Shown here in pieces: positions 11,490-23,697 of a DNA stretch of 64,000 nucleotides. The stretch comes from Squalus acanthias (lineage: Eukaryota), in contig CM059432.1 of assembly GCA_030390025.1 (NCBI GenBank), forward strand, positions 7,502,001-7,566,000, in the 5' to 3' direction. The notes under the pieces are model-generated. The model had not been told where the DNA came from. It did not search any database and saw only the letters and a program-made list of their open reading frames with translations. A program made the translations under genes and the position numbers. The first letter of the stretch is position 1; each line of letters starts with the position of its first letter.

Positions 11490-12405
11490 CAGTGGTTGGG
11501 TGTAATATATTAGCATGGATAGGGGATTGGCTAACTAACAGGAAACAGAGAGTCGGGATAACTGGGTCATTTTGACCTGTGGAATTCTCTACCACAGAAG
11601 GTAGTTGAGGCCAAGTCATTAAATATATTCAAGAATGAGTTAGATATATTTCTTAAAGCTAAAGGTATCAAGGTTATCTGACGAAGGATGTTCTTGCCAT
11701 GGAAGGAGTTCAGCGAAGATTCACAAGGCTGATACCTGGGATGGCAGGAATGACATATGAGGAGAGATTGGGTCGATTGGGCTTATACTCGCTGGAGTAT
11801 AGAAGAATGAGAGGGGATCTCATTGAAACATATAAAATTCTGACAGATCTGGACAAACTAGATGCAGGAAGAATGTTCCCGATGGTCGGAGAGTCCAGAA
11901 CCAGGGGTCATAATCTAAGGATAAGGGGTAAGCCATTTAGGACAAAAATGAGGAAGAATTTCTTCACCCAGAGAGTGGTGAACCTGTGGAATTCTCTACC
12001 ACAGAAGGTAGTTGAGGCCAAGTCATTAAATATATTCAAGAATGAGTTAGATATATTTCTTAAAGCTAAAGGTATCAAGGGATATGGGGAGAAAGCAGGG
12101 ACAGGGTACTGAGTTTGGATGATCAGCCATGATCTCATTGAATGGCGGAGCAGGCTCGAGGGGCCGAATGGCCTACTCCTGCTCCTATCTTCTATGTTCT
12201 ATGTTTCTATGTTTTCAGGTTGGCAATCAGTAAGTAGTGGGGTGCCACAGGGATCAGTGCTGGGGCCTCAACTATTTTCAATCTATATTAATGACTCGGA
12301 TGAAGATTGGATCGGCCATGAACTCATTGAATGGCGGAGCAGCCTCGAGGGGCCGATTGGCCGACTCCTGATCCTGTTTCTTATGTTCTTTTGTTCTTAT
12401 GTTGG
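11490..12405 (+). mobile_element. Young CR1 3' fragment (~11574-12211) nested in an older CR1 RT fragment
   Basis: Older piece ILAWIGDWLTNRKQRVGITGSF|SGWQSVSSGVPQGSVLGP is split by the insert carrying ORF 11699-12112. Confidence 0.85.
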
Positions 12406-13159
12406 TGGCTGGTTATGTTTCAGTCCATTTATTGCCCGTAAATATTGTATAGTTCACAACTGCATTAATTGATGTTTCGACCTTTATTCTGGCTACCTGG
12501 CAGCTGCTTGAGAAACAGTTAAAGAATTATTAATCTGGGTATATCGCAATTTGCTGCTTTTTTTTCACTAGCCGCAAATTAAATTACATCGGTGAGAAGG
12601 TGGAACTCGCGGAATGGCTGAAGTAGGTGGCATTGACGAATTTAAGGGGAGGGCTTGACGCAGTAAGGATTCGAGGGACAGGGTGGGGCGGGCGGGGGGG
12701 GGGGGCAGGGTGAGAAGAGGTAATTAGAGAGGGAGAAGGCTCGCGTGGAGTGTAAACACAGGCAAAGACCGGTTGGGCTGAACGGCCTGTTACTGTGCCG
12801 CACTGTACTGTAGATTCTATGAAACATTCAGACAAATTGCGGACTTTAAAACTCAACACATTCCCACAGCTTGCTTCGCAAACCATCAATTATGGCGGCG
12901 ATTAAGCACCGCTCTTGCCTTTCAAAAACAAAAGGAAGGTCTCGGCTGATTGCCGGCACAGGCACGATGGGCCGAATGGCCTCCTCCTGTGCTGTAAGAG
13001 TCTATGGTCTGATCGCCGTGAAGTACTGCACATAGTGTGGAAGTAGCATGGTGACCTTACCTCACCTGTGTTTGCCAGGTAAGGCCGTTTAAACCATTAG
13101 AATGTACGTACAGCACACGTCGGCCAAGGCAGTGCGTGGCTGGTTCAAATGTGGCAGGA

Positions 13160-13690
13160 TATCTGGACACGCGCTTGAAGTGCCGTAACCTGCAGGGCTA
13201 CGAACCAAGAGCTGGAAAGTGGGATTAGGCTGGATAGCTCTTTGTCGGCCGGCACAGACACGATGGGCCAAATGGCCTCCTTCTGTGCCGTACATTTCTC
13301 TGATTCTATGACAGCTTTTAAGCATTTGTCAGGGCTAGACAGACTGGATGCAGGGAGGATGTTTCCCCTGGCTGGGGGCTCTAGAATGAGGGGTCACAGT
13401 CTCAGGACACAGGGTAGGACATTTAGGACTGAGATGAGGAGAAATTTCTTCACTCAGAGGGTGGTGAACCTGTGGAATTCTCTACCACAGAAGGCTGTGG
13501 AGGCCAAGTCACTGAATATATTTAAGAAGGAGATTGATAGATTTCTAGACACAAAGGCATCAAGGGGTATGGGGAGAGAGCGGGAATATGGTATTGAGAT
13601 AGAGGATCAGCCATGATCATATTGAATGGCGGAGCAGGCTCGAAGGGCTGAATGGCCGACTTCTGCTCCTATTTTTCTATGTTTCTAACC
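13160..13690 (+). mobile_element. Two CR1 3' end fragments in tandem
   Basis: MRRNFFTQRVVNLWNSLP motif and two types of CR1 3' UTR. Confidence 0.85.
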
Positions 13691-13957
13691 TTTCCAAGGG
13701 CTATATGGGGAGTTGGAGGGGTGGGGGTGGGGGGGGGGGGGGCAAGTGGGTGGTGGGGTGGAGAAGAGAGAGGGATAGCAATGCAGAAGCACAAATTGGC
13801 ATCTGTGGGCAACTGACGCCTGACAACCTGTTCCACATTTACTGCTCTTCCATTTAAAGCCCTTGCACAACCTTACAGTTCTTTCATTCGATCTTGTGCA
13901 CATCCATATTCAGCAGGCCACACATTCAAAACCTTTCCACTGTAGGAAAAGTGGCCC

Positions 13958-14448
13958 ATATCCTAACCCGCACCAAATCCCGTCCACCCATCACCCCTGC
14001 GCTCGCTGACCTGCATTGGCTCCCAGTCCGGCAACGCCTCCTTTAAAATTTCTCACCCTCGTTTTCAAATCCCTCCGTGGCCTCGCCCCTCGCTATCTCT
14101 ATAACCAGCCCTACAACCCTCCGAGATCGCTGCACTTCTCCAATTCTGGCCTTTAGCGCATCCCTGATTTTCGCCGCTCCACCATTGATGGCCGTGCCTT
14201 CAGCTGCCTCGGCCCTAAGCTCTGGAATTCCCTCCCTAAACCTCTCCGCCTCTCCACCTCTCCACCTCTCTCTCATCCTGTAAGACGCTGCTTAAAACCG
14301 ACCTCTATGACCCTTTGATCATCTGTCCTAATATCTCCTTTTGTGGCTCGATGTCAAATTTTTGTCTGATAACGCTCCTGTAAAGCACCCTGGGGCATTT
14401 TTACTATGTTAAAGGTTCTATATAAATACAAGTTGTTGTTGTTGTTGT
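13958..14448 (+). mobile_element. L2 LINE 3' end
   Basis: Homologous to 51640-52062; (TTG)n tail. Confidence 0.85.
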
Positions 14449-14499
14449 TAAAAATGGTGGTTTAAACCACGCAGAACTCTGAGAAATCTTAAAGAGTTA

Positions 14500-15381
14500 G
14501 GGGGAAAAATTCCGTTGGTTGCGCCTCCCGTTAGCGCCTTAAGAGGGCGCTAATGGGGCGCAAATCATCTAGCACCCAGGCGCGGCGATGTTTGCGCCGC
14601 TCGCGAAATTAACTAGACACTTTGCGGCGGCGCTAAACACTACCGCCACGATCTCCTACGCCGGCAGATCGTGACGTCAGTCGAGTGCGCAACGCCCCGG
14701 AGCGGATATTGAGTGGCGCCCCCTGCCTTACCGCCTGACGCTAGCAACGACATGTTGAGGGGAGCGTTTTGCAGTCAGGAAGGGACTGGGGAAGCGCTAT
14801 TTAAAGGCGACCGCTTCCTGCCTTTTATTGTTGGTGCCATTTTTGAAACACGCATTCTGAGAGAGAGGGAGAGAGTCATCTGGAGAGATTCAATGCTGTG
14901 TGAAGGCGTTTTGGGTACTGAGCAGCATTTTGCAGGTTAATTTTGATTTGCCATTCTTTGTATCGATTTAGAAGAGACTGTGGGGGCTGCACTCTGAGCT
15001 CTTTCCCTGGTACTCTCCATTGTTCTTTCCAGCAGATTTGATGTGCAGGTCTCTCCAGGCCGAGATTCAAGGCTGCAATGAGCAGGATGTGGATGGAAAG
15101 CAAGATCAACCATCCCCTTTAAGAACTGGCCCGTGCCATTGTGTGTGTGTTCCGTTGCTGACTGACATCACATGAGCTTCGCCAGCGCTCTGAGGTAGCG
15201 CCTCGCTCCTCGGCCTTTGCGCCTTAAGACAGGTGTGAAGCGCCTGATTTAGCGCTCCAATCACCTCCAGGGGCGATAAAAGTCAAGTTTGCAGTCGGTG
15301 GCGATAATTAGCGCCAGGCGCTAATCTTTGCGCCCGGCCGATAATTGCGCCCCAAATGGGGCGATACTGAATTTCTCCCCC
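14500..15381. mobile_element. PIF/Harbinger-type non-autonomous element, family A copy 1
   Basis: TIRs GGGGGAAAAATTC / GAATTTCTCCCCC, 3-bp TSD TTA (14497-14499, 15382-15384), TTAGCGCC-rich subterminal repeats. Confidence 0.85.
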
Positions 15382-15874
15382 TTAATGTTTAGCAATCGGG
15401 GAAGCTCAGACAACATTCTGAGTATAAAGGACTGACAACTCTCAGCTCGCTTCAACTATTGACTGGAGCTGGTAGGCCTAGGTTGTCACGGTTACAAGCC
15501 TAGAGAAAACGTATGGGTTATGCAGTTAGGTCAAAGATAATTAAGATTAAGGAATGACTGAAAGGAAGGCTGCTTTTATCTCATGTTATCCGGGTTTTTT
15601 ATTTTAAAGGAAGGGGGAATTTAAAAGGATTTTCCAATTAATGAGCAAGCCTGGTTTTTTTTGTCAAATAATTAAAATTTGTTCGTTTTGAGTGGCCCTT
15701 GATAAGTGTCTGTTCAAGGGTGATTGACACCGAAAGGTGAACCCTGAGAATAAATAAGTCATCAAGATTGGTCAAACATCAAAATAGGTGAGACTTTGTG
15801 AAATTAAGTCTATAAAAGATTGTGATGTTTGACACCCAAACCAGAGGTCTGAAGAAGTTTGGAGAAATGTGGAA

Positions 15875-16308
15875 AAAAAAGAAAAAGACTTGCATTTATA
15901 TAGCGCCTTTCATGATGTCCCAGGGCGCTTTACAACCAATGAAGTACTTTTTGAAGTGTAGTCACTGTTGTAATGTAGGAAACACGGCGGCCAATTTGCG
16001 CACAGCAAGTTCCCACAAAGCACAATGTATTAATGACTGGATAATCTGTGTTTAGTGATGTTGGTTGAGGGATAAATATTGTCCAGGACACCGGGGAGAA
16101 CTCCACTGCTTTCCTTCAAATAGTGGGATCTTTTACGCCACCCGAGAGGACTGTCTGGGTCTCGCTTTAACGCCTCATCCAAAATGACTGCACCTCCGAC
16201 AACGGCACTGGCGTGTCAGCCGAGATTATGAGCTCAAGTCTCTGGAGGGGGACTTGAATCCACCTGCCTTAGAGACGAGAGTGCTACCAACTGAGCTATG
16301 GCTGACAC
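15875..16308 (-). mobile_element. Deu-domain SINE
   Basis: Reverse complement of the SINE consensus, head to tail. Confidence 0.85.
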
Positions 16309-16477
16309 CGGCAGGGTTTGGAATAGCTTATGAAGCCAATCTTGTAAGCATTTAAAAAGTCTATTCAGATAAAGGCAAAGGTTTTAAGTGCAGATCTCTG
16401 TAACGGTTTAAGTTTCTGAGATCAGGAACAGAAGTGAGTAGAGTTTATGCCTGTACACGGATACTAATGTTAGATCT

Positions 16478-17165
16478 ACTGGGAAGAAAAACAGAGTTCT
16501 TAATGAATACTTTGCGTCTGTTTTCACAATAGAGAGACACGATGCAGGCATTGCAATCAGGGAGGAGGAGTGTGAAATATTCGATGAAATAAGCATAGTG
16601 AAAGAGGAAGTATTAAGGGGTTTAGCATCTTTGAAAGTGGATAAATCTCCAGGCCTGGATGAAATGTATCCCAGACTGTTAAGAGAAGTAAGAGAGGAAA
16701 TAGCAGAGGCTCTGACCATCATTTTCCAATCCTCTCTGGCTACAGGTGTGGTGCCGGAGAAAAAGAAAGAAAGACAGAAAGACTTGCATTTCTATAGCGC
16801 CTATCACGACCACCAGACGTCTCAAAGCGCTTTACAGCCAATTAACTACTTTTTGAAGTGTTGCCACTGTTGTAATGTAGGAAATGCGGCAGCCAATTTG
16901 CGCACAGCAAGCTCCCACAAACAGCAATGTGATAATGACCAGATAATCTGTTTTTGTGATGTTGGTTGAGGGATAAATATTGGCCCCAGGACACCGGGGA
17001 TAACTCCCCTACTCTTCTTCGAAATAGTGGCCATGGGATCTTTTACCTCCACCTGAGGGGGCAGACGGGGCCTCAGTTTAACGTCTCATCTGAAAGACGG
17101 CACCTCCCACAGTGCAGCACTCCCTCAGCACTGCACTGGAGTGTCAGCCTAGATTTTCGTGCTCA
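16478..17165. mobile_element. CR1 ORF2 internal fragment (+, 16478-16758) abutting a Deu SINE (-, 16760-17165)
   Basis: LKVDKSPGLDEMYPRLLREVREEIAEAL is CR1 ORF2; the remainder of ORF 16598-16969 runs through SINE sequence. Confidence 0.85.
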
Positions 17166-17659
17166 GTAGAACAATTGATCGATAACGGCTTGATTATCAA
17201 ACTGTTACTTTTTGATTTAAAATGTTAGCTGCACTCCAATCAATCCTGTGCAATGCGCCAAAGTGTTTGAGATGAAAAAACGGAAGGGAACCTTAATCAC
17301 GTCTGAATAGTTTAATGTTAGAAGCCTTCAAGATCTTGCAAAATTGCTCCTGACATTTTCTCCAGTGATAGAAACCAAAGATTATATTTTGTATCCATGC
17401 TCAAACTAATTTGACAAGGTCAGGCATTGCCAGATCTGTTCTGAGTTGTGTAGGCTACAGATGGATGGAAGAACGATGTTTTATTAGGATAAATGATTTC
17501 ATAATTGAATGTGAAGGCATGGTGAGATTTTCACTGCCTCCCGACTGCACGTGAAAATCCACTCTTACCCAATGAACTGGCGTGTCTCGTATCTGTGATG
17601 TGTGTTTTAAAATGGTGGAGAGCGCCATTGAATAAAACTGTGGGTTTTAGTGTGGGCAC

Positions 17660-18005
17660 TATGAGGGGCATAGATAGAGTAGATAGAAAGGAATTTTTCC
17701 CCTTAGTAGAGGGGTCAATAACCAGGGGGCATAGTTTCAAGGTAAGGGGCAAGAGGTTTAGAGGGGATTTGAGGGAAAACTTTTTCACCCAGAGGGTGGT
17801 TGGAATCTGGAACTCACTGCCTGAAAGGGTGGTAGAGGCAGGAACCCTCACAACATTCAAGACGCATTTAGATGAGCACTTGAAACGCCAAAGCTTACAA
17901 GGCTACGGACCAAGTGCTGGAAAATGGGACTAGAATAGATAGGGCTTGATGGCCGGCGCAGACACGATGGGCCGAAGGGCCTCTTTCTGTGCTGTATAAC
18001 TCTAT
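17660..18005 (+). mobile_element. CR1 3' end
   Basis: RENFFTQRVVGIWNSLPERVVEA; its ACTCTATG tail resumes at 19754. Confidence 0.85.
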
Positions 18006-19753
18006 GGCCCAGAAATTCGGGTCGGAGGCTTCCCGCGGGTGCAAGCATAGCGGGTGCACTTACATACCGCGCCTGCCGTTGTGCTGTGGGCCTGCGTGGG
18101 ATTCGGCTCCTTGGCCTCCTCCAGCTGCCGGTGTGCAGTGCTCGCGTATCCCAGCGGCGAAGCTAGTTCGCAGCGTCCCCTGGGATCACGTGGGCCATGG
18201 GGAGCCAATCGGAGCAGGGAATCTCCATTCATAGATTTGACAGGAAGACCTGTCAAATCTATGAATAGAGATCGGTCCCAAAACCTCACTAAAACTTCAA
18301 ATAATTTTTTTTAAAAACATCACATTTTTAAAATAACTATAAATTACATAAAATAACTATTTTAAACAATAATTTAAATTTTTTAAAAAATTAATTTGTT
18401 TTTAATGGGGCTAAAAATAAACTTACCTTTCTTTAAAGTATTTAAAAATAATAAATCAGTGGAATTTTTTTTAAAATTTTACAGCCATGATCTTATTGAA
18501 TGGCGGAGCAGGCTCGAGGGGCAGAATGGCCTACTCCTGCTCCTATCTTCGATGTTTCTATGGGGGAGAAATTCAGTATTGCCCCATTTGGGGCGCAATT
18601 ATTGGCCGGGCGCAAAGATTAGCGCCTGGCGCTAATTATCGCCACCGACTGCAAACTTGACTTTTATCGCCCCTGGAGGTGATTGGAGCGCTAAATCAGG
18701 CGCTGCACACCTGTCTTAAGGCGCAAAGGCCGAGGAGCGAGGTGCTAACTCAGAGCGCTGGCGAAGCTCATGTGATGTCAGTCAACAATGGAACACACAC
18801 ACAATGACACGGTCCAGTTCTTAAAGGGGATGGTTAATCTTGCTTTCCATTCACATCCTGCTCATTGCAGCCTTGAATCTCGGCCTGGAGAGACCTGCAC
18901 ATCAAATCTGCTGGAAAGATCAATGGAGAGTACCAGGCAAAGAGCTCAGAGTGCAGTCCCCACAGTCTCTTCTAAATCGATACAAGGAATGGCAAATCAA
19001 AATGAACCTGCAAAGTGCTGCTCAGTACCCAAAACTCCTTCACACAACGTTGAATCTCTCCAGAAGTCTCTCTCTCTCTCGCTCAGAATGCATAGTTCAA
19101 AAATGGCACCAACAATAAAAGGCAGGAAGCGGTCACCTTTAAATAGCGCTCCCCCTTTCCCTTCATGACTGCAGAACGCTCCCCTCAACCTGTCGTTGCT
19201 AGTGTCAGGCGGTAAGGCAGGGGGCGCCACTCAATATCCGCTCCGGGGCGATACCGGGGCGTTGCGCACTCGACTGACATCACGGTCTGCCGGCGCAGGA
19301 GATCGTGGCGGTAGTGTTTAGCGCCGCCGCAAAATGTCTAGTTAATTTCGCGAGCGGCGCAAACAACGCCGCGCCTGGGCGCTAGATGCTTTGCGTCCCA
19401 TTAGTGCCCTCTTAAGGCACTAACAGGAGGTGCAACCAACTGAATTTTCCCCCCTATGTTTCTATGTTAATTCACCACTTACCTTGTTAAAAGCAAGCCT
19501 TGCGCCTGCTTTTTCCCCGCGCAGCTGCTAGGGACTTACTCGCACGGAGAAACCTGTAAAAAAAGCCGAAGTTCCAGGTCTACACGCTGCCTCTCCGGCG
19601 CACGCGTTTGACCTGTGAACCCCTTCCTTCAAGGGAACGGAAGTTCCAGTTTCCAGCGCATGCGCGGTGCATGCGCGAAACCGGCACTTTCGTTGGGCCT
19701 ACGGGTGAGTACACAGCGCGTCCTCACCTGTGGAGACCCGAATTTCTGGCCCA
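18006..19753. mobile_element. Harbinger-type non-autonomous element (family B) hosting nested inserts
   Basis: TIRs GGCCCAGAAATTCGGGTC / GACCCGAATTTCTGGCCC(A); TAT on both flanks. Confidence 0.75.
18562..19454. mobile_element. PIF/Harbinger-type non-autonomous element, family A copy 2 (inverted relative to copy 1)
   Basis: Full-length reverse-complement match to 14500-15381; TSD TAT (18559-18561, 19455-19457). Confidence 0.85.
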
Positions 19754-20277
19754 TATGACTCTATGACTACAGGGGCAGGGTGTCCTAGAATCACAGAATC
19801 ATTTTCTGTTTTTATCACAGTCCTTTCCCCTCTTATAGAATCATAGAATGGTTACAGCACAGTAGGAGGCCATTCGCCCCATCGAGCCCGTGCTGGCTCT
19901 CTGCAAGAGCACTTCAGCGAGACCCACTCCCCCGCCCTTTTCCCGTAGCCCTGCACATTTTTTTTTCCTTCAGCTACTTATCCAACTCTCCTTTTGAAAG
20001 ACACGATTTCTATAGTATCGAGTGTGAAAGCCTGAGGTCTGCTGCAAGCTCAGTGTGCTGAGCGCAGTTAAGTGCATGCGGGAAGCGCTGAGGGTGCTGA
20101 TTGCATGTCCACCAATTGCATGCAAGGCCCAGCGGGGCTCCATGTGCAATGTCAATGAGATCTGCACTGTTTAATATGGCTGGTGCACCAGGCACTCAAT
20201 ACTTACTGCTGAAATAAAAACAGGAAATGCTGGAAACACTCAGCAGGTCAGGCAGCATCTGTGGAGAGAGAGAAACA

Positions 20278-20317
20278 GGGTTAACGTTTCAGGTCGATGA
20301 CCCCTTCGTCAGAACTG
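20278..20317 (-). ncRNA. Minimal hammerhead ribozyme motif (Penelope family 1)
   Basis: Minus strand CAGTT-CTGACGA-AGGGGTCATCGACCT-GAAA-CGTT-AAC: CUGANGA and GAAA core, stem II, palindromic AACGTT stem III. Confidence 0.7.
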
Positions 20318-22142
20318 GAAAAAGTTGGAGATGTAACAGATTTTTAAGCAAGTGCAGGGGCAGGGAAAGGGGGGTGGGGAGGAAAGAACAAAAGGGAAGG
20401 TCTGTGATAGGGTGGAAGGCAGGAGAGATTAAATGACAAAAGGGATGATGGTGCAAGGCAAAAGGAGATGGTAATGGGACAAGTTAAGAAACAAAAGATG
20501 ACTCTAGATGAGGTGTAAATGGCACTGGCAGAATCATCAACAGCTGCCATGTGAAAAAAAAGAAAACATAGGGGCCGAGGTTATGATCTGAAATTGTTGA
20601 ACTCTATGCTGAGTCCAGAAGGCTGTAAAGTGCCTAATTGAAAGATGAGGTGCTGTTCCTCAAGCTTACGTTGAGCTTCGTTGGAACAGTGTAAGAGGCC
20701 GAGGACGGAGAGGTCTGAGTGGGAGTGGAGGGGAGAATTAAAGTGACAGGCGACCAGAAGCTCGGGGTCACCCTTACGGAACATTATTTGTGCCGGTCCT
20801 TCTCAGGTCCCCCCCGTCACCTCTTTTTCCGGTACATTGATGACTGTATCGGTGCCGTTTCCTGCTCTCGCCCTGAACTAGAAAATTTCATTCACTTTGC
20901 TTCGAATTTCCACCCTTCCCTCACCTTCACATGGTCCATCTCCGACTCTTCCCTTCCCTTCCTCGACTTCTCTGTCTCCATCGCTGGGGCTAGGCTATTG
21001 ATAAACATTCACTACAAGCCCACTGACACCCACAGCTATCTGGACTACACTTCCTCCCACCCCGCTTCCTGTAAGGACTCTATTCCATTCTCCCAGTTTC
21101 TCCGTCTCCGTCGCATCTGCTCTGACGATGCCACCTTCCATACCAGTGCTTCCGACATGTCTTCCTTTTTCCTCAACCCAGGATTCCCCTCTACCGTGGT
21201 CAACACGGCCCTCGACCACGTCCGTTCCATTTCCCGTACTTCTGCTCTCACCCCTTCCCCTCCCTCCCAGAACCACGATAGGGTTCCCCTTGTCCTCACT
21301 TTTCACCCCACCAGCCTCCACATTCAACGGATCATCCTCCGCCATTCCCACCACCTCCAGCGTGATCCCACCACATCTTCCCCTCCCCTCACCTTTCAGC
21401 ATTCCGAAGGGACTGCTCCCTCCGCGACACCCTGGTCGACTCCTCAATCACCCCCTCCCCTTTCCACGGCACCTTCTCTTGCAAGCGCAGGAGATGCAAC
21501 ACCTGCCCTTTTACCTCCTCCCTTCCCACTTTCCAGGGCCCCAAACACTCCTTCCAGGTGAAACAGCGATTTACTTGTACTTCTTGCAATTTAGTATACT
21601 GTATTCGCTGCTCACGATGCGGTCTCCTCTACATTGGGGAGACCAAACACAGATTGGGTGATCGCTTTGCAGAACACCGCCGTTCAGTCCGTAAGCGTGA
21701 CCCCGAGCTTCCGGTCGCCTGTCACTTTAATTCTCCGCTCCACTCCCACTCTGATCGCTCCGTCCTCAGCCTCTCACACTGTTCCAATGAAGCTCAACGT
21801 AAGCTCGAGGAACAGCACCTCATCTTTCGATGAGGCACTTTACAGCCTTCTGGACTCACCATCGAGTTCAACAATTTCAGACCATAACCTCTGCCCCTAT
21901 TTTTTTTCACCTGGCAGCTGTTGATGATTCTGCCATACCCATTTACACCGCTTCTAGAGTCATCTTTTGTTTCGTAACTTGTCCCATTACCATCTCCTTT
22001 TGCCTCGCACCATCATCCCTTTGTCTTTTAATCTCTCCTGCCTTCCACCCTATCACAGACTTTCCCTTTTGTTCTTTCCTCCCCTCCCCCCTTTCCCTGT
22101 CCCTGCACTTGCTTAAAAATCTGTTACATCTCCAGCTTTTTC

Positions 22143-22181
22143 CAGTTCTGACGAAGGGTCATCGACCTGAAACGTTAACTG
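22143..22181 (+). ncRNA. Minimal hammerhead ribozyme motif (Penelope family 1)
   Basis: Stem I CAGTT/AACTG, core CTGACGA(A), stem II GGGTC-ATC-GACCT, GAAA, AACGTT palindrome. Confidence 0.8.
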
Positions 22182-22369
22182 TTTCTCTCTCAACAGATGC
22201 TGCCTGACCTGCTGAGTATTTCCAGCATTTCCTGTTTTTATTTCAGATTTCCAGCATCCGCAGTATTTTGCTTTTGACTTATTGCTGAATGGTAGGGCTG
22301 CTTCGTAACTGCATTTCTAGAAGACCAACCAAGTTTATCTAATCATCGACAATTTTGACATCAAAAGCC

Positions 22370-22800
22370 TGTGCCTCAGTGGGTAGCACTCTTGCCTCTG
22401 AGTCCGAAAGGTGTAGGCTCAAATCCCCCTCCAGATATTGAAGCACAAAATCTAGGCTGCCAATTCGTTCTCGTACTGAGGGAGTGCTGCATTGTTAGAG
22501 GTGCCCTCTTTTGGATGCGAAGTTAAACTAAGGCCCTGCCTGTTACAGGAGGATGGAAAAGATCCCATGGCAGTATTTTGAAGAAGAGCAGGGGCGTTCT
22601 CCCTGGTGTCCTGGCCAATATTTATCCCTCAAACAACATCACTAAAATAAAGATTATCTGGTCGTTACCGCATTGCTGTTTGTGGGATCTTGCTGTGCGC
22701 AGATTGGCTGCCGCGTTTCCTATATCACAACAGTGGCTACACTTCAAAAAGTACCTCCTTCGCTGTGAAATGTTTTGGAAGTCCTAAGGTTATAAAGTCT
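22370..22800 (+). mobile_element. Deu-domain SINE, diverged
   Basis: Head, body and tail recognisable. Confidence 0.8.
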
Positions 22801-23005
22801 TCCTTTCTCCCCGTGTTCAGATCGATTCAAGCCTGCGGGCTGGCAGTCTCCACCATCAGCCAGTAGGTCCTGATCACCAGGACTAAGAGGCCTGAGTCAG
22901 CCCTAATTTTCCAGGCCCTATTGCTAACCTCGGCCCTGCCAGGAGCCAGGGTGACCCTGGGGCTACCCCGCTGGACAAGTTGAGTTGCCCAGGACATAAA
23001 ATCCT

Positions 23006-23385
23006 GGGAACGGTGGCATAGTGGTTATGTTACTGGGCTAGTAATCCATGTAGGCCTGGACTTAATGGAGCCTGGGCTGAGACATGAGTTCAAATCTCCA
23101 CCACAGCAGCTGGGGAATTTAAATTCCAATTAATTAAATCTAGAATTAAAAAGCTAGTGTCAGTAATGGTGACCATGAAACTACCAGATTGTCATAAAAA
23201 CCCATCTGGTTCACTAATGTCCTTTAGGGAAGGGAGTCTGGCCTGTCGATTCCAGACTGACAGTAATGTGGTTGAGTCTTAACTGTCCTCTGAAATGGTC
23301 TAGCCAACTTCTCAGGGACAATGAGGGATGGGCAATAAAGGCTGGCTTTTCCCACATCCCGTGAATGCATAAATAAAAAAAAATA
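23006..23385 (+). mobile_element. Second tRNA-derived SINE type (MetaSINE-like central domain) sharing its tail with the LINE at 52313-54202
   Basis: A box GTGGCATAGTGG, B box GAGTTCAAATC, centre GATTGTCATAAAAACCCATCTGGTTCACTAATGTCCTTTAGGGAAGG, tail GGGATGGGCAATAAA...CCCACATCCCGTGAATG plus poly(A). Family name from memory. Confidence 0.6.
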
Positions 23386-23697
23386 ATGGGTGATGGAGCT
23401 GAACAGGAACAGGTTAGTCTGCTCCTATTTAATGTCCAGTCAAAAGGTGAACCCTGCAAAATTGTCCCCTTTTCTGTGATTGCTTTCCAAGCCTAAGCTT
23501 TACGTTAACCTTAAACGTATGCCATGTGATCTGACCATCCGAACACATTGACGCCTTCACATGACCTTCCTTTGTCTGCTATTTTAATGGGGGCGCAACC
23601 TGTCTATTTACAAGCGTGTTAAATGATGGGTTAGTTCACCTTTAAGCAAACCCATCAAAGAGGCGGCGCTGCTCATCTTTATGAGTGGCCCAGTGAC

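Larger units (their letters stand above)
20214..22276 (+). mobile_element. Penelope-like element, 5'-truncated, with inverted partial copy of its 3' end (20214-~20780)
   Basis: RT motif FFRYIDD and INIHYKPT (ORF 20719-21561); GIY-YIG endonuclease NLVYCIRCSRCGLLYIGETKHRLGDRFAEH (21558-21833); frameshifted; 13-bp TSD ACTTA(C/T)TGCTGAA at 20201-20213 and 22277-22289. Confidence 0.92.

Noticed and set aside
11676..11700. CTGACGAAGG resembling a hammerhead core
   Set aside because: Point variant of CR1 coding sequence TATCTGAGGAAGGATG; no stem II or GAAA follows.
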